DNA of 64,000 bases from Eledone cirrhosa (Eukaryota): assembly GCA_964016885.1 (NCBI GenBank), contig OZ024745.1:101556001-101620000 (forward strand), written 5' to 3'. The notes below the pieces were generated by a model. That model saw nothing but the letters and a program-made list of their open reading frames with translations, did no database searches and was not told the origin of the DNA. The translations under genes were made by a program, and so were the position numbers. Below are positions 12,821 through 25,869 of the stretch, piece after piece; position 1 is the stretch's first letter, and the number at the start of each line of letters is the position of its first letter.

Positions 12821-14822
12821 TATCGTAAATGTTCATATTTGGTAATTAACTATTTTTTTTACTGTCTATTTTTTGCACACCATTATTTGTGTTTCTTCCA
12901 GAATGTCATATCTTCCAGAAACTTTGTTTTACATACTCTGACTGTATGTAAACAATTTTTTGTTCCATGACTGCAGAATTTTATAGTAAATTTCCATTAG
13001 CCTAAAAGCTTGCATTGCTTTCCTATCCACAACCAATCATTTCAGGTTTATTATTGCTTTCTATTTGATCCATTAATGAGAAGTGTGTTAGCTACCGAAC
13101 TCCCAATAATTCTGTTTACTGTTAAGTTTGTCCTTTGAAGATGTTAGGTCATATCCATTTTACCATTACCAGATATCTCAGATTCCCCTATGATCAATTC
13201 ATAGATAATCTAAATAGCTCAGTCAGATCATTCATTTATTCTGGAATATTCCAGATTGAAAAAAGTTCTTGTAACATTTAACCAATGTAATATATACTTT
13301 ATTTTTCTCTTTTCTATTCAGTCAAATTGAAGAAATGAAACCTTTTATTATACAATAGCCTGACCTATTTAAACAATTGTTCATCTCTCATCAAACTTGT
13401 TGACATTTATTGTTTAACATCAATAATTTCGCATATAACACAAGCAAAATATTTTCTTGTGTTGATTTTTAAACTCTTGGCCACACACTACTTCATCTCT
13501 CTTCCTATTTTCATCACTATTATGTCATTTTCTTATCTGAATTTACAAGCTACCACCATCGTTCTATCTCATGCAAGTTACCACTGACTGATTTCAAAGA
13601 GCATTAACCAGAATTTGAGAGCCAGTGTTTGATTTTCTGTAGTGATTGCTGGCCACTTTTCCATCTATAGGGGATATTCTAAGATATTATCTATAGCAAT
13701 TAACTGTGCTCACAGTTATTCTCTGTATTCTAGACTTGTTACATTTACTAAGGCTATATCTATCATAATATATTTATAAATGGACAGTATTTATTTTATA
13801 GTTGACTGACTCAGCATTGCTACCCCAGTGATACAGGCCCTGACAGAGCAGGAAAGCTCTCTTTGATGTGGGAGAGCCCATGTGTATGCCTCCACGTGGT
13901 CCCAGCAGACAGAGGATGGCAAGGGAGACGCATTGGAATAGTCTTTACTGGTCTGTCCACAGCCAATTTCTTAGTGAGAGGTGGCAGAAAGCAGGAGAAG
14001 AGGAATCATAGACCCCCTAGTACTGGACTATGCTGTATTTATCAACAGCCCGAAAAGTAACTTCAGTGCGATTTAAAATGAGAGCTTGAAAGAATAACTG
14101 CAGGGCAGTCTAACTGTTCTAATGACTCTGCTAATTCAATGTATACATATTACATTATGGAGTAACAAAGCAGTTTATGTCAATACTAGCTTACCTTGTA
14201 AAAATCCTATGGGTTAATTAGAAACAAACATTAAGTATTAAAGATCAATATGGCATTTTAAGTGTTTTATTTTTAAGTAATGAGTCATCATTTTAAATCC
14301 GTTATTCCATGCACACATGGGTTGGATGGATCTTTTTAAATACAGTACCTCTCCACTCATCACATTCATTTGTCATCTCCTCTTGAGCTTCAGCGAGTTG
14401 GGATCAGCTCTCATCACCTCCGTCCACATCTTCTTTGATCTTCCTTTACTGCGGCTTCCATTCACTGATATTTCTTTACCCAGTGATCATCATCTGATAT
14501 TGTTGGACGACCTCTAGGGGTCACCCCTTTGTTCTCAAGGCTTGTGGACAGAGGAAGCGAGAGAGATAGCCTGTCTTAGATCAAGCCAGAGGCATTTCGA
14601 AGCAGTTCAAGATAGAGTAAACATGTTAAACATTTGCTTTCTACAGACTTCTTGGGGTCTTACATACTCTTACTTTCACTCTCTCTCTTGATCTCTCCTT
14701 TAACCAAGCCAGTGAAGTTCATGAAGTTTTCTTGGTAAATGGGACTTTAACTCTACTTTTATAAACTAACAAATAACGTACATAATTCTTGTGTATTTTT
14801 CGTATAGCATCGGCGTGAATTA

Positions 14823-15461
14823 TCTATACATATAAAACAGAAGATGTCTGTCTGTATGTGTGTGAGTTCGAATCCCTAAACCTCGAGAAGTACCCAACCG
14901 ATTTTTTTCAAACTTTACATGTGTATTACTCATGTTTCAGGGAGTGTTATGCACATAAAACAATTCAACTTTTTGATCCCCCTAGGGCCCGCATTAGGTG
15001 AAAAACTGCGTTTTTTCAGCTTTTTATTTTTTTTTTTAGGCGTTACGTCTGACCGATTTCCTTGAAATTGTAACTATGTATTAGTCAGTCTCTTTTGCAT
15101 ACCATGAGCAAAGAAAATCTAATTTTTTTATGGCCTGGCCCACATTAGGTGAAAAACTTCATTTTTTCAACTTTTTAGCGCCTTTTTGAGGCGTTACGTC
15201 TAGCCGATTTTCCCGAAATTTCAATGCATATTATGCACATTAGAACAATTCATTTTCTTGATCCCCTAGGGCCCGCATTAGGTGAAAACCTGCATTTTTC
15301 CTGCTTCATCGAGGAAAATTTTAAAGATTATCCAGCCACCAGAGTATTCGGTTTATTTTCTTTACATATTGTCCAGGCATGCAGTTTTTCCACGATTAGG
15401 TCTGTTGACGGCCCGCGTTCCAAAATACCTTATCCCGTGCAGCGCCGGGTACCACTGCTAG
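14823..15461 (+). mobile_element. Non-autonomous Helitron
   Basis: A|TCTATACATATAAAA 5' end followed by a (GTCT)n-like tract. 3' GC hairpin CCCGTGCAGCGCCGGG then CTAG|T. No TSD. Internal repeats of GGGCCCGCATTAGGTGAAAA. Confidence 0.85.
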
Positions 15462-15579
15462 TAATCAATAAATCAATGATATAGGTTTGGTGCTATCGTG
15501 GTTCATTTATATATATTCATTTTCTGCGTGATCAAGAAACTATCATATCAATCATCTTATTGAACACTTACTCACTTAC

Positions 15580-15740
15580 CTGCACACATGCAACCTCGGG
15601 TCACACTGTAGTTCAGAACAGTGACCACACGACACGGCAAGCTACAAATGATGACGCACGCAACAAACGAATCAACACCACAACACGATCATCTACCAAC
15701 TCGACCAAACAAAACAATCGCTATAAGCCAGCCCCGCCCA
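15580..15740 (-). promoter_or_regulatory. Putative promoter and non-coding first exon on the minus strand
   Basis: Locally CpG-rich, GC box (GGGCGGGGC at 15739-15731), TATA-like CTTATAG, perfect CAG|GTAAGT donor at 15580/15579. Confidence 0.5.
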
Positions 15741-16491
15741 ACCCTTCCTTTTTTCTGTCTTTTTTATTTATGTTGTATTATAAACGTATTAATTTAAATT
15801 TCTATTACTTTAAATTCAAGAGTCGTGGGTGTCTAGTACGTTATACGAACTTTGAGCTCATGCCAGCCCATCCCTTTCCCCTTCTTTTTCTTTCTTACTT
15901 TCTCTTTTTTTTTTATATTTCCTTATTCTCTGTTTCCTTTTGCCCCTCCCCCTCTTTTTTTCTTACTAAATAAGGTTTGTTTTTTGCTTTTGAATAAATT
16001 AAAAGGCGCAGGTGAACATATCTTTTATTAACTATAAATAACATCACACATTGTTCACAATTCTTTCAGAACGAAAATATAAACACATAATTGTTTCTAA
16101 ACACATAATAAATACAATTATATATCGCTATGAACTATACAAATATAACGCACCAAAATATACGAGCTGAGAGAGAGAAAAGGGTTAGAAAAACAAAAAC
16201 GACCATCAGTTCACCACCAAGTGCAACAATCGAGGTCGCATCGCATCACATCGCATCATATCACAAGGGGTCAACGGAATTATTTTAACTCTATCATAAT
16301 TGCTTTATTTTTTTGTTTTGCCACATAGACCCCCCCTCCCCCCCACACACACACACACGTTTTCTTTGTACTCTACTCATTTATTTTTGTTTTGCTGTTT
16401 ATTTATTTTGATAATCAAAGAAAAAAAATAAGAAAAACAAACAAAATAATTTCTCCACTCCCTTGAAAAATAGTAAAGTAGAGAAAGTAAG

Positions 16492-16522
<31 letters not shown>

Positions 16523-16538
16523 GCTAATTAAACATCGA

Positions 16539-16631
16539 ATTACTTAGCAACCAACAAGGGAATTAACTCATGGTGAGCTCTTGTTCTTTATCTCCCTTAA
16601 AAACAGTTGCAGCGATCAATCACAAGTGAGT
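16539..16631 (+). promoter_or_regulatory. Putative plus-strand promoter/first exon with X-box-like motif
   Basis: ATTACTTAGCAAC (RFX X-box-like) at 16539-51, ATG at 16570 open to the AA|GTGAGT donor at 16626 (alternative donor ATG|GTGAGC). Confidence 0.3.
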
Positions 16632-17000
16632 CAGGCTGTTGCATACTTTTGTGTTTATTTATATGTCTAGTTTTAGCAACCAATTACTATATATATTTTT
16701 TTAGGAGGTAAGAGAGGTACTAACGTGATAGAGTAATAAACAAAAGTAACAAACAGCTGGTGTCACTGGCCAATGCTTTTGCGGTGTTGTCTGCGGGGAG
16801 CAGCTCTTCTGCCTCCATGACCTAGGCCGAAAGCCCAATCTCCCTTCACCCCAACCCTCTCTTCTGCGACACTAGAATTCTTGCCATCCCCTCTCCTTCC
16901 CGTTTTTTTCTTTTTCTTTCTTTTACTCTTTCTTTTTCTCTATATTTTCCTGTTCTTTTTTCTTTTGTTTCCTTTTCTTTTATTATTATTATTGTTATAA

Positions 17001-17220
17001 GGGCGGTGGTTTGGAAGTATCGGTAGAGAGTCGGACACCATGCTTTGCACCATAGAGTTACGGCCCTTTATGATCTGAGTTCAAATCCCGCCGAGGTTAA
17101 CTTTGCCTTTCATCCTTACGGGGTCGATAAAATAAAGTACCAGTCACGAACTGGGGTCGATTTAATCGACTTTCCCCTCCCCCCAAATTGCTGGCCTTGT
17201 GCCTATATAAGAAATTATTA
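17001..17220 (+). mobile_element. SINE family A (long subfamily)
   Basis: Full head, central domain and an extra GGGGTCGATTTAATCGACTTTCCCC segment. Confidence 0.9.
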
Positions 17221-17246
17221 AATAAAGATTAACATTACACATAGTG

Positions 17247-17364
17247 AAGGCGTGTGGCTGAGTGGTTAGAGAACTGGATTCGCAATCATAAGGTTGTGAG
17301 TTCGATTCCTGGACCAGGCGATGCGTTATGTCCTTGGGCAAGACACTTTATTTCACGTTGCTCC
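17247..17364 (+). mobile_element. tRNA/CORE-like SINE 5' portion
   Basis: TGGCTGAGTGG A-box, GAGTTCGATTCC B-box, CCTTGGGCAAGACACTTTA. Confidence 0.8.
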
Positions 17365-17806
17365 TTCTACCTGGAGTTGCGACCGATAGATAGTATTAGC
17401 AATTGGAAAGACCAACGGAAACATTGTTCCCTCGGTCCGATTTGACGAAAGTCGATCGACTCCTATATATTACACATAAAAAAAATGAATAAATAAAATA
17501 GGGCTAATTAATTATTGAATATTTTAGTAAAGTGTACACAGGAAATTAAAAAAAACTACTTTATTCTTTCTGTCTCTGTAAGCCTTTACTCCTCTCTTTC
17601 TCTCATTTTCTCTTTCTCTCTCTTCTCTCTCTCTCTTTCTCATCTCTCTCTCTCTCTCTCATTTCTCCTCTTTAGCATTTTATTAACTCCAGAAGAATGA
17701 ATGGCAAAGTTGATCTTGACAGTATTTCAAAACAGAATGTGGGAAGCTTGGATAAATACCATGAGGCTTTTTGTCTAACTCTCTAATGCTTCTGCCAATT
17801 TGCCTT

Positions 17807-18035
17807 TTAACCCTTTACCATTTAAACCGGCCATATCTCGCCAGAATTCTCTCACTTCTTTCTGTTCAAGCCAGTCATAGAGAGCCGCTCATACTGATGT
17901 TAAGGTATTGTTCTCAAAATAAATAATATAAAAATCGCATAGATTCAATATTATGCGAGATAATTACGTGAGGTAAACTCTTTAGCATGAAAATATAATA
18001 GTAAATATAGTGTAATGTAAATGTTAAAGATTTAA
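17807..18035 (+). mobile_element. MITE family 1 (piggyBac-type, about 225 bp)
   Basis: TTAA|CCCTTTA... terminus, homologous to seven other copies. Confidence 0.8.
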
Positions 18036-18918
18036 TTAAAAGGATGGAAGGATTGAACGAGTGTGGTGTTGGTAGGTGGTGAACATTGCAGGTTTGTAAA
18101 TTGTGGATCCATGGGAAAAGAGAAATAATAGTTTCATTAAATAGCAGAATAAAGAGGGTAGATGTGTAGAGGTTGTTGTTTAACCCTAGGTCAGACCTAA
18201 CAAAAGCAACAGTATAATCCAAAACATTCCAGCTGTAGCTCTCTAATCTTTATTTTTAGATGTAGGTCTATCTATTATTTAATGTCTCCTTTACTTTCTC
18301 AAGGTGGTAAGATGGGATTTGTGAGAGATTTAGTTGTTATATGTAGCAGGTCAAAGAAGCAAGTGCAGAGGTAGAGATTGTTGGAGATTTCCGATGGATA
18401 GATTGAGGTATGCGACCAAGCTAGGAGAAATTGTGATCCGTGATATCTTTAAATAAGGTTTAGCTGCTACTTCTAGCACTCCTAGCAACCATGAAGGATT
18501 TTTTTTCAACACCTTGATGTATATGTATGTGTGTGTCTGTGTGTATGTGCATATGCATACATTTATATGTATCAGTATATAAATATAAACGCAGACACAC
18601 TTACAAAGATACACACTCACATACATTCACACAAATACACATACATTTACACAGACACGCACATACTCACACACAGTGTAGCAAATGGAACCCCAACCAC
18701 TGTTCTGCTATAGTTTTTTCACTATTCCCTTCCTTCCTTTTACACACACATACATTCACTCACACACACTGTGTGATGGCCGGACGGAAGTCACTCAAAT
18801 TTATATATAGATATGACCAAGCTAGAAAGAATTATGGAAAGCTTAGTCAGCTGATAACACCCATTTATGCAAGAATAAAAGTGATTTGAAAGCTGGATAT
18901 TTTGAGTAGTTGTAGAAG

Positions 18919-21900
18919 TCATCATCATCATCATCTTCGTTTAACGTCCATCTTCCACGCTAGCATGGGTTAGACGGGCGTTGTCCCACTTGAGGCAAAG
19001 TTGGTCGGGTGACCGTGTCTCGCTCATATAGGACTATCTGGCAGGTTTTCTACGGCTGGATGCCCTTCCTAACACCAACCACATTTACAGTGTGGAACTG
19101 GGAAGTTTTTACCATGTTACCTACACGGCCACATTACAGCGTGGACTGTGTTTTTTTTTGTTGTGACACCTACACGATCTCGATCATCTCATTTATTTGT
19201 ACTGGATGTTGTGGTACCAACTTTACAGAGAGAGGTTGGTGGGAGTGGGAGGATAGAGTAGGGGTAGTGGATTGAGGTGTATATTTGGTTAAGAGGTGCC
19301 TACTGACTGTAGGTTTTGCTTTGTACATAGGCAAGGCGGGTCTTCTGTATTACTGTGTAGCACCAAAGATCTCGGTCCAGTGACGTTGTCTTAGGTTTTT
19401 CTGGGACTACCTACTCCGTAACTTCCATCAATTTTGATCCCCCTGCACTTTTTTGTACAACTGTCGTCCTTCATGCGCATCACGTGACCATACCAACAAA
19501 GTCTTCTCTCGAGTAAACAGCATCTGATGCCTCTTATTCCTAATATCTCACTTAGTTCATTTATGCTTTGCCGTTCACGTATATTACTATTACACATCCA
19601 ACGGAGCATGCATGCTTCATTCCTTTCCAGTCTGCGCAGATCCTCTGTACACAATGCCCATGTCTCACTGCCATGTAACATTGCTGTTCGTATACAGGCA
19701 TCATACAATCTGCCTTTCATTTTTAGAGAGAAACCTTTTGTGACCAACAGCGGTATAAGCTCTCTGAACTTTTTCCATCCTGTTCTGACTCTGGTTTCTG
19801 TACTTTCAGAGCACCCTCCATCACTGATGATTTTGTCACTCGGGTAATGGAAAGTGTCCACTATTTCTATAGAACCATCTGGGCAATAGAAGGAGCTAGT
19901 ATCCTGTGGGCACTTATTGCACCTGAGCATCGACCACATATAAAATCTATGTTCTTAGATAGTTTACCTGTGATCCCACTACATCTTTTATGTACCCATA
20001 GTTTGCATTTGGTACATAAAATGGAATTTCTGCTTACTCCTTTCCTACACACTGAGCATGGCCATTTCCCTGAGGGCACCTGTGCCCTATTTTCCTTTTT
20101 ACAAACTAGAACTTTAGTCTTAGACAAGTTAACTTTAAGGCCTTTTGATTCTAGGCCATGCTTCCATGTTTGGAATTTTTTCTCTAGTTCAGCCATCGAT
20201 TCAGCTATGAGAGTTATATATATCTATGAGAGTTAGATCATCTGCGTATAGGAGTTCCCATGGGCAGCCGGTCTTAAACTCTTCTGTTATAGACTGAAGG
20301 GCAATAATAAATAGGAGGGGGCTAAGGACAGAGCCTTGATGAACACCAACTTTTACACTAAATTCTTCACAATATTCATTGTTAATTCTAACCTTACTGA
20401 CTGTTTCTTTATACATGGCTTGTATAGCTCTCATAAGCCATTCATTTACACCTAGTGGTCTAAGAGCCCACCAGATAATGGAGCGGGGAGTCTGTCAAAG
20501 GCTTTCTCCAGGTCTACAAAAACTAAGTAGAGGGGTTTACTTTTAGCTAGGTACTTCTCCTGTAGTTGTCATACAAGGAAAAGAGCGTCTGTAGTACTTT
20601 TACCTGACACAAACCCAAACTGCATTTCATCTAGATCAATTCGCTCTCTGATTAGTTGCGTTATAGCTTTCTATGACCCTCATGACCTGGTCAACTAACT
20701 TAATGCCTCTATAGTTTCCCCTATCTCGAGCATCCCCTTTACCCTTGTAGCAGTTAATGATGACGATGATGCTATGCCAGTCTTTTGGTATGACCCCATT
20801 CTGTATTACTTGGTTTACTATACGGGTGACCATAGTATGTCCCACCATTCCAGATGCCTTCAACATCTAAGTAATTATCTCCGAAGGCCCAGCTGCCTTG
20901 CCTGTCTTCATATCTTTGATTGCCTTACTTATTATACTACCTTTAACTTGCACTGCTGGACCTTCTATTGGATCGATTTGGGGCAGACTATCTTTTTCCC
21001 ATTTATTCTCCTCATTTAATAGTCTCTCGTAGTGACACTTCCAATCTCTCTTCTTATCAGTATCAGTGAGGGCAAGTACACCATTATCATTACGGACACA
21101 CTTCTCCCCGACAATATCACGGTTTTCCTTGACACATTGTCTAGCAATCCTGAACACCTCATGTTTTTGGTCCTCACATTGAAGAACATGCTTGAACTTT
21201 CTATCCTCTGCTTCCTTCTTTGCAAGGTACACTTGTCTCCTAGCTTCTCTCCTGGCCACTTGATAGTGTTCTCTACTTCCCCCATCCTGCCATACTTTCC
21301 AAGCCTGCTTTTTGGCCTTGATTGTCTCCTCCACCTTACTGTTCCACCACCAAGTTACTCTCCTCCTGCCAATAGGTCTGCTCCAGCCACAGATTTCATC
21401 CGTTGCTTTCAGCAGGTTCACTTTCAAGAATTCCCACTGTTCCTCTATATTGCACGTCTCTAATTGCTCTTCCTTATTGTCAAAGGCATCAAGTAATAAG
21501 CTTTTAAATTTGTCACTGGCTATGGGGTCCTTCAACTTCCATATTCTTCTCCTCAAGGTAGGCCTCCTCTGTTGTCGAGTACGTCTATTCCTGACTATGA
21601 GGTCACTAACTACTAGGCTATGTTGGGAGGTGCATTCTTCATGGGGGAGGGATTTAGTGTTTACAACAGACACTTTGTCACGTCTTCTAGTAAGGATATC
21701 TATCTGGCTGGTGTGTTCCCCTGATCTATAGGTGATCAAGTGATTTTCTCGTTTTTTGAAGTTTGTGTTACAGATAGTTAGGTTATTAACGTCACAGAAT
21801 TCCAGGATTCTGAAGCCTTCCTCATTTCTATTTCCAAACCCATAGCTTCCATGGATTCCATCATAGCCATCACTATGTTGTCCAACGTGTCCGTTTAAGT

Positions 21901-22400
21901 TGCCAGCAATAATTAAGTAGTCATTGTCGGTTATTTGGGAGGTAGTGTGCATTAGCGACTCATTGAACCTGTCCTTTATAACGTCAGGTAGACCAGATTG
22001 GGGTGCATAAGCAGAGATTATTGTCACAGTAGTTCTATTTAGAACTAGTCTTATTTTAATTATTCTGTCGTTCACTCTATTCACGTCAATTACCTTATCT
22101 ACCCAATTTTCAGCTAACATAATTCCTACACCACCCAGAAATGTTTATAGCATCGTTTTTTACCCACGATGAATCTGGCAGACCCACCTCTCCACCTAGT
22201 CTCTTGATCACAACAAACATCAACTTCTTTACGTTCAAGCATCTCTACAACCTCATTTGAGCGACCTTTCAATGTGCCTACGTTCATGGTACCAACTCTG
22301 AAGATGGATGGGTTGGCGGGGCAGGGAGGGGTATGGAGGACGGAATTATGTTGGTCATCTGTGTCTGAAATGAAGAGGAGTCCTTGTATTCTCGTCCTGC
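18919..22400 (-). mobile_element. Near full-length RTE LINE family A (APE-RT with PHD-like insert, long 3' UTR, (ATG)n tail), inactivated by frameshifts
   Basis: FRVGTMNVGTLKGR at about 22300, 417-aa APE ORF 20867-22120, RT motifs QGSVLSP and ELLYADDL, C-terminus, tail at 18919. The 5' limit is approximate. Confidence 0.95.
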
Positions 22401-22794
22401 AGCGGGAGTTATTTTTTTTTTATCTGTGTCAATGTCATTGAGTGTTCAGACTTTCCAACTTCCGCAGTTCACCTAGCAAACAGAAAATCAACCAGGTCTA
22501 AACTTAAGGAGTAATAACTGAGGTGGTAGCTTTGCTATACTGATTTGTAAGAGAACTTACTATAAACAGCTGAGTTATGATTGGATCATATAGCAATGGT
22601 GGTGTGTGTGGGGGGGGAATGGGTAACTTTAGGAGAAGGTTAGTTTTTAGGAAGGGTCCAACAGAATGAGGCATATTATTAAAAACAAGTAATAAAGAGA
22701 ACTGATAACATTGGGCAAAATCTAACCCATGCTAGCGTGGAAGATGGACGTTAAATGAAGATGATGATGATGATGATGATGAAAGTTAAAGACA

Positions 22795-23051
22795 CTAAAG
22801 TCTGTCTTAAGCCAGAAGTCTCGTTAGGCCGGTGATTATCCTGGTTTCATGGCATGAAGCGACTGCGAGTACAAGACTCCCCCCTGGCAGGACATAGTCC
22901 AACGCAGGGTTAAACAACCAGCTATTGCTGGTACTCATTTGAAATTAAGTGTTTTGCTTAAGAACACAACACGCAACACAACCCAGGAATTGAACCCACA
23001 ACATTCTGATCGCAAGTCCAGCACCCTTACCACTAGGCCACATGCCTCCAC
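22795..23051 (-). mobile_element. SINE family D
   Basis: Homology to the 10290 and 27215 copies. Confidence 0.85.
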
Positions 23052-23540
23052 TTTAATGACACTAACCTTTACTTAATTTATTTTAAAAAATCTGACCTCA
23101 AAAGGTCTTGTCCAACCCATGCCAGCGTAGTAAAGCAGCGTTATAAATGATGAGATACTCTCACATGGATCCCAGAAGCTGGTCAGTGATTATAAAAAGT
23201 ATATAATAGTTATGCAGATGGCAGTAAAATAGAAATTATAAGCTAGTAACAGAAGAACTCTGCTGCAGAATAGAAATATAAGCTAGAACTGTGCTGCTCT
23301 CTTATGAAAACATTGGCCAAAATAATAACGAAACTAATCAGTGTTTTTCTGAATGAATACTTCGTTTCATTTCCTTTCCTTTATTGATGTCAGTGTAATT
23401 CAGTTGGCTTTTGATGAGAGGTCACCTATTTATCTTTAATATTTCTGAATACAAATGCAAAAAAAAAGAAAGAAGAAAGAAAATGTGCGTTGCATTATTT
23501 ATTGCCCTGTTGAATTTGGGAAAAAGGAAGGTACAAAGAA

Positions 23541-23925
23541 TGCAGACATGGCTATGTGGTTAAGAAGTTTGCTTTGCAACTATGAGGTCTTAGGCAAGTG
23601 CCTTCAGCTATAACCTTGTTGTATTTACTAATGCCTTATAAGTGAAATTTGGTAGACAGAAACTGTACAGAACCCTGTTCTAAAGAACTTGTCAACTTCT
23701 CGTGTGCTTGTGTTATAAAATGCACCCAGTACACTCTGTAAAGGGGTTGGTTTTATGGAGAGCATCTGGCTTTATAAACTATGCCAAAACTAAGTATGTA
23801 CAATGTGACTGCCTGGCATGTCTAGGATAGTAACTCTGAGTAAATATTGACTTGGTGTGTGACAACCCATCCATACTATGCTAGCATGGAAAAATGAATG
23901 TTAAATGATGTTGATGATAGTGACG
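23541..23925 (+). mobile_element. Older tRNA-derived SINE with RTE-type (ATG)n tail
   Basis: Head GCAGACATGGCTATGTGGTTAAGAAG, tail ...GCTAGCATGGAAAAATGAATGTTAAATGATG. Confidence 0.65.
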
Positions 23926-24149
23926 ATATTGGTGGCATATGTGTATATGTATGTACATGTATCTGTGTGTTAGTACCTACATTGCTGAACAATCAGTGTT
24001 TGATTATGTCCTGTAACTTAACAGTTGGACAAATAGATATTGAAGAAATAAGTAGCAAACTTTAAAAACAAGTGCTCAACTAAAGCTTTGAAGTCAGTGC
24101 TCCATCATGGCTGCAGTTCAATGATTGAAACTAGTAATGGAATAAAAGA

Positions 24150-24331
24150 AATAATTGTTTCTACTTTAGGCACAAGGCCAGCAATTACCCAGTGCATTAC
24201 TGGTACTTTATTTTATCGACCCCATAAGGATGAAAGGCAAAGTCAACCTCGGCGGGATTTGAACTCAGATCGTAAAGTGACGTAACTATGCTGGAAAGCA
24301 TGGCATCCGACCCTCTACCGATACTGCCAAT
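24150..24331 (-). mobile_element. SINE family A (short subfamily)
   Basis: Near-identical to 4800-4992. Confidence 0.9.
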
Positions 24332-24340
24332 CAGACATAT

Positions 24341-24356
24341 CTCACACCACACACAT

Positions 24357-24397
<41 letters not shown>

Positions 24398-24472
24398 AAC
24401 ACACAACACACAACACACAACACACAACACATACACCACACACACATACACACACCTCACACCACACAGACA
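24341..24472. repeat. Imperfect (CA)n microsatellite
   Basis: Direct reading. Confidence 0.95.
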
Positions 24473-24547
24473 TATAAAAATAAATAATATTCTTTCATTC
24501 TTGTTCTACTCTTTTATCACCTTCTGTACTTCAGTCAACTAAAATAA

Positions 24548-25869
24548 ATCATTCTGTATGTATCAACAATTCATCTTGTATATAAACCCTACTATATTAA
24601 AAATCATTCTGTATATATCAATGATTCACTTTATATATAACACCATACCATATTGAAAATCATTCTGTATATATCAATGATTCACTTTATATATAACACC
24701 CTACCATATTGAAAATCATTCTGTATATATATCAATGATTCATTTTATATATAACACCCTACCATATTGAATATCATTCTGTATATATCAATGATTCACT
24801 TTATATATAACACCCTACCATATTAAATATCATTCTGTATATATCAATGATTCACTTTATATATAATACCCTACCATATTAAAAATCATTCTGTATATAT
24901 CAATGATTCACTTTATATATAACACCCTACCATATTAAAAATCATTCTGTATATATCAAATGATTCACTTTATATATAACACCCTACCATATTGAAAATC
25001 ATTCTGTATATATCAATGATTCATTTTATATATAACACCCTACCATATTGAATATCATTCTGTATATATCAATGATTCACTTTATATATAACACCCTACC
25101 ATATTGAATATCATTCTGTATATATCAATGATTCACTTTATATATAACACCCTACCATATTGAATATCATTCTGTATATATCAATGATTCACTTTATATA
25201 TAACACCCTACCATATTGAATATCATTCTGTATATATCAATGATTCACTTTATATATAACACCCTACCATATTGAATATCATTCTGTATATATCAATGAT
25301 TCACTTTATATATAACACCCTACCATATTGAAAATCATTCTGTATATATATCAATGATTCATTTTATATATAACACCCTACCATATTGAATATCATTCTG
25401 TATATATCAATGATTCACTTTATATATAACACCCTACCATATTGAATATCATTCTGTATATATCAATGATTCACTTTATATATAACACCCTACCATTTTG
25501 AATATCATTCTGTATATATCAATGATTCACTTTATATATAACACCCTACCATTTTGAATATCATTCTGTATATATCAATGATTCACTTTATATATAACAC
25601 CCTACCATATTGAATATCATTCTGTATATATCAATGATTCACTTTATATATAACACTCTACCTTATTGAATATCATTCTGTATATATCAATGATTCACTT
25701 TATATATAACACCCTACCATATTGAATATCATTCTGTATATATCAATGATTCACTTTATATATAACACCCTACCATTTTGAATATCATTCTGTATATATC
25801 AATGATTCACTTTATATATAACACCCTACCATATTGAATATCATTCTGTATATATCAATGATTCACTTT
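24548..25869. repeat. 56-bp minisatellite, about 23 copies (ATCATTCTGTATATATCAATGATTCACTTTATATATAACACCCTACCATATTGAAT); resumes at 27500-27588
   Basis: Tandem period of 56 with degenerate first units. Confidence 0.98.

Noticed and set aside
17441-17470. GAAA-GTCGATCGAC-TC, like a hammerhead 3' half with palindromic stem III
   Set aside because: No upstream CUGANGA with a stem II or a matching stem I; at best a remnant.
22300-22500. HDV-like ribozyme in the RTE-A 5' region
   Set aside because: Known for some RTEs, but I could not build the nested double pseudoknot by eye; needs a descriptor search.
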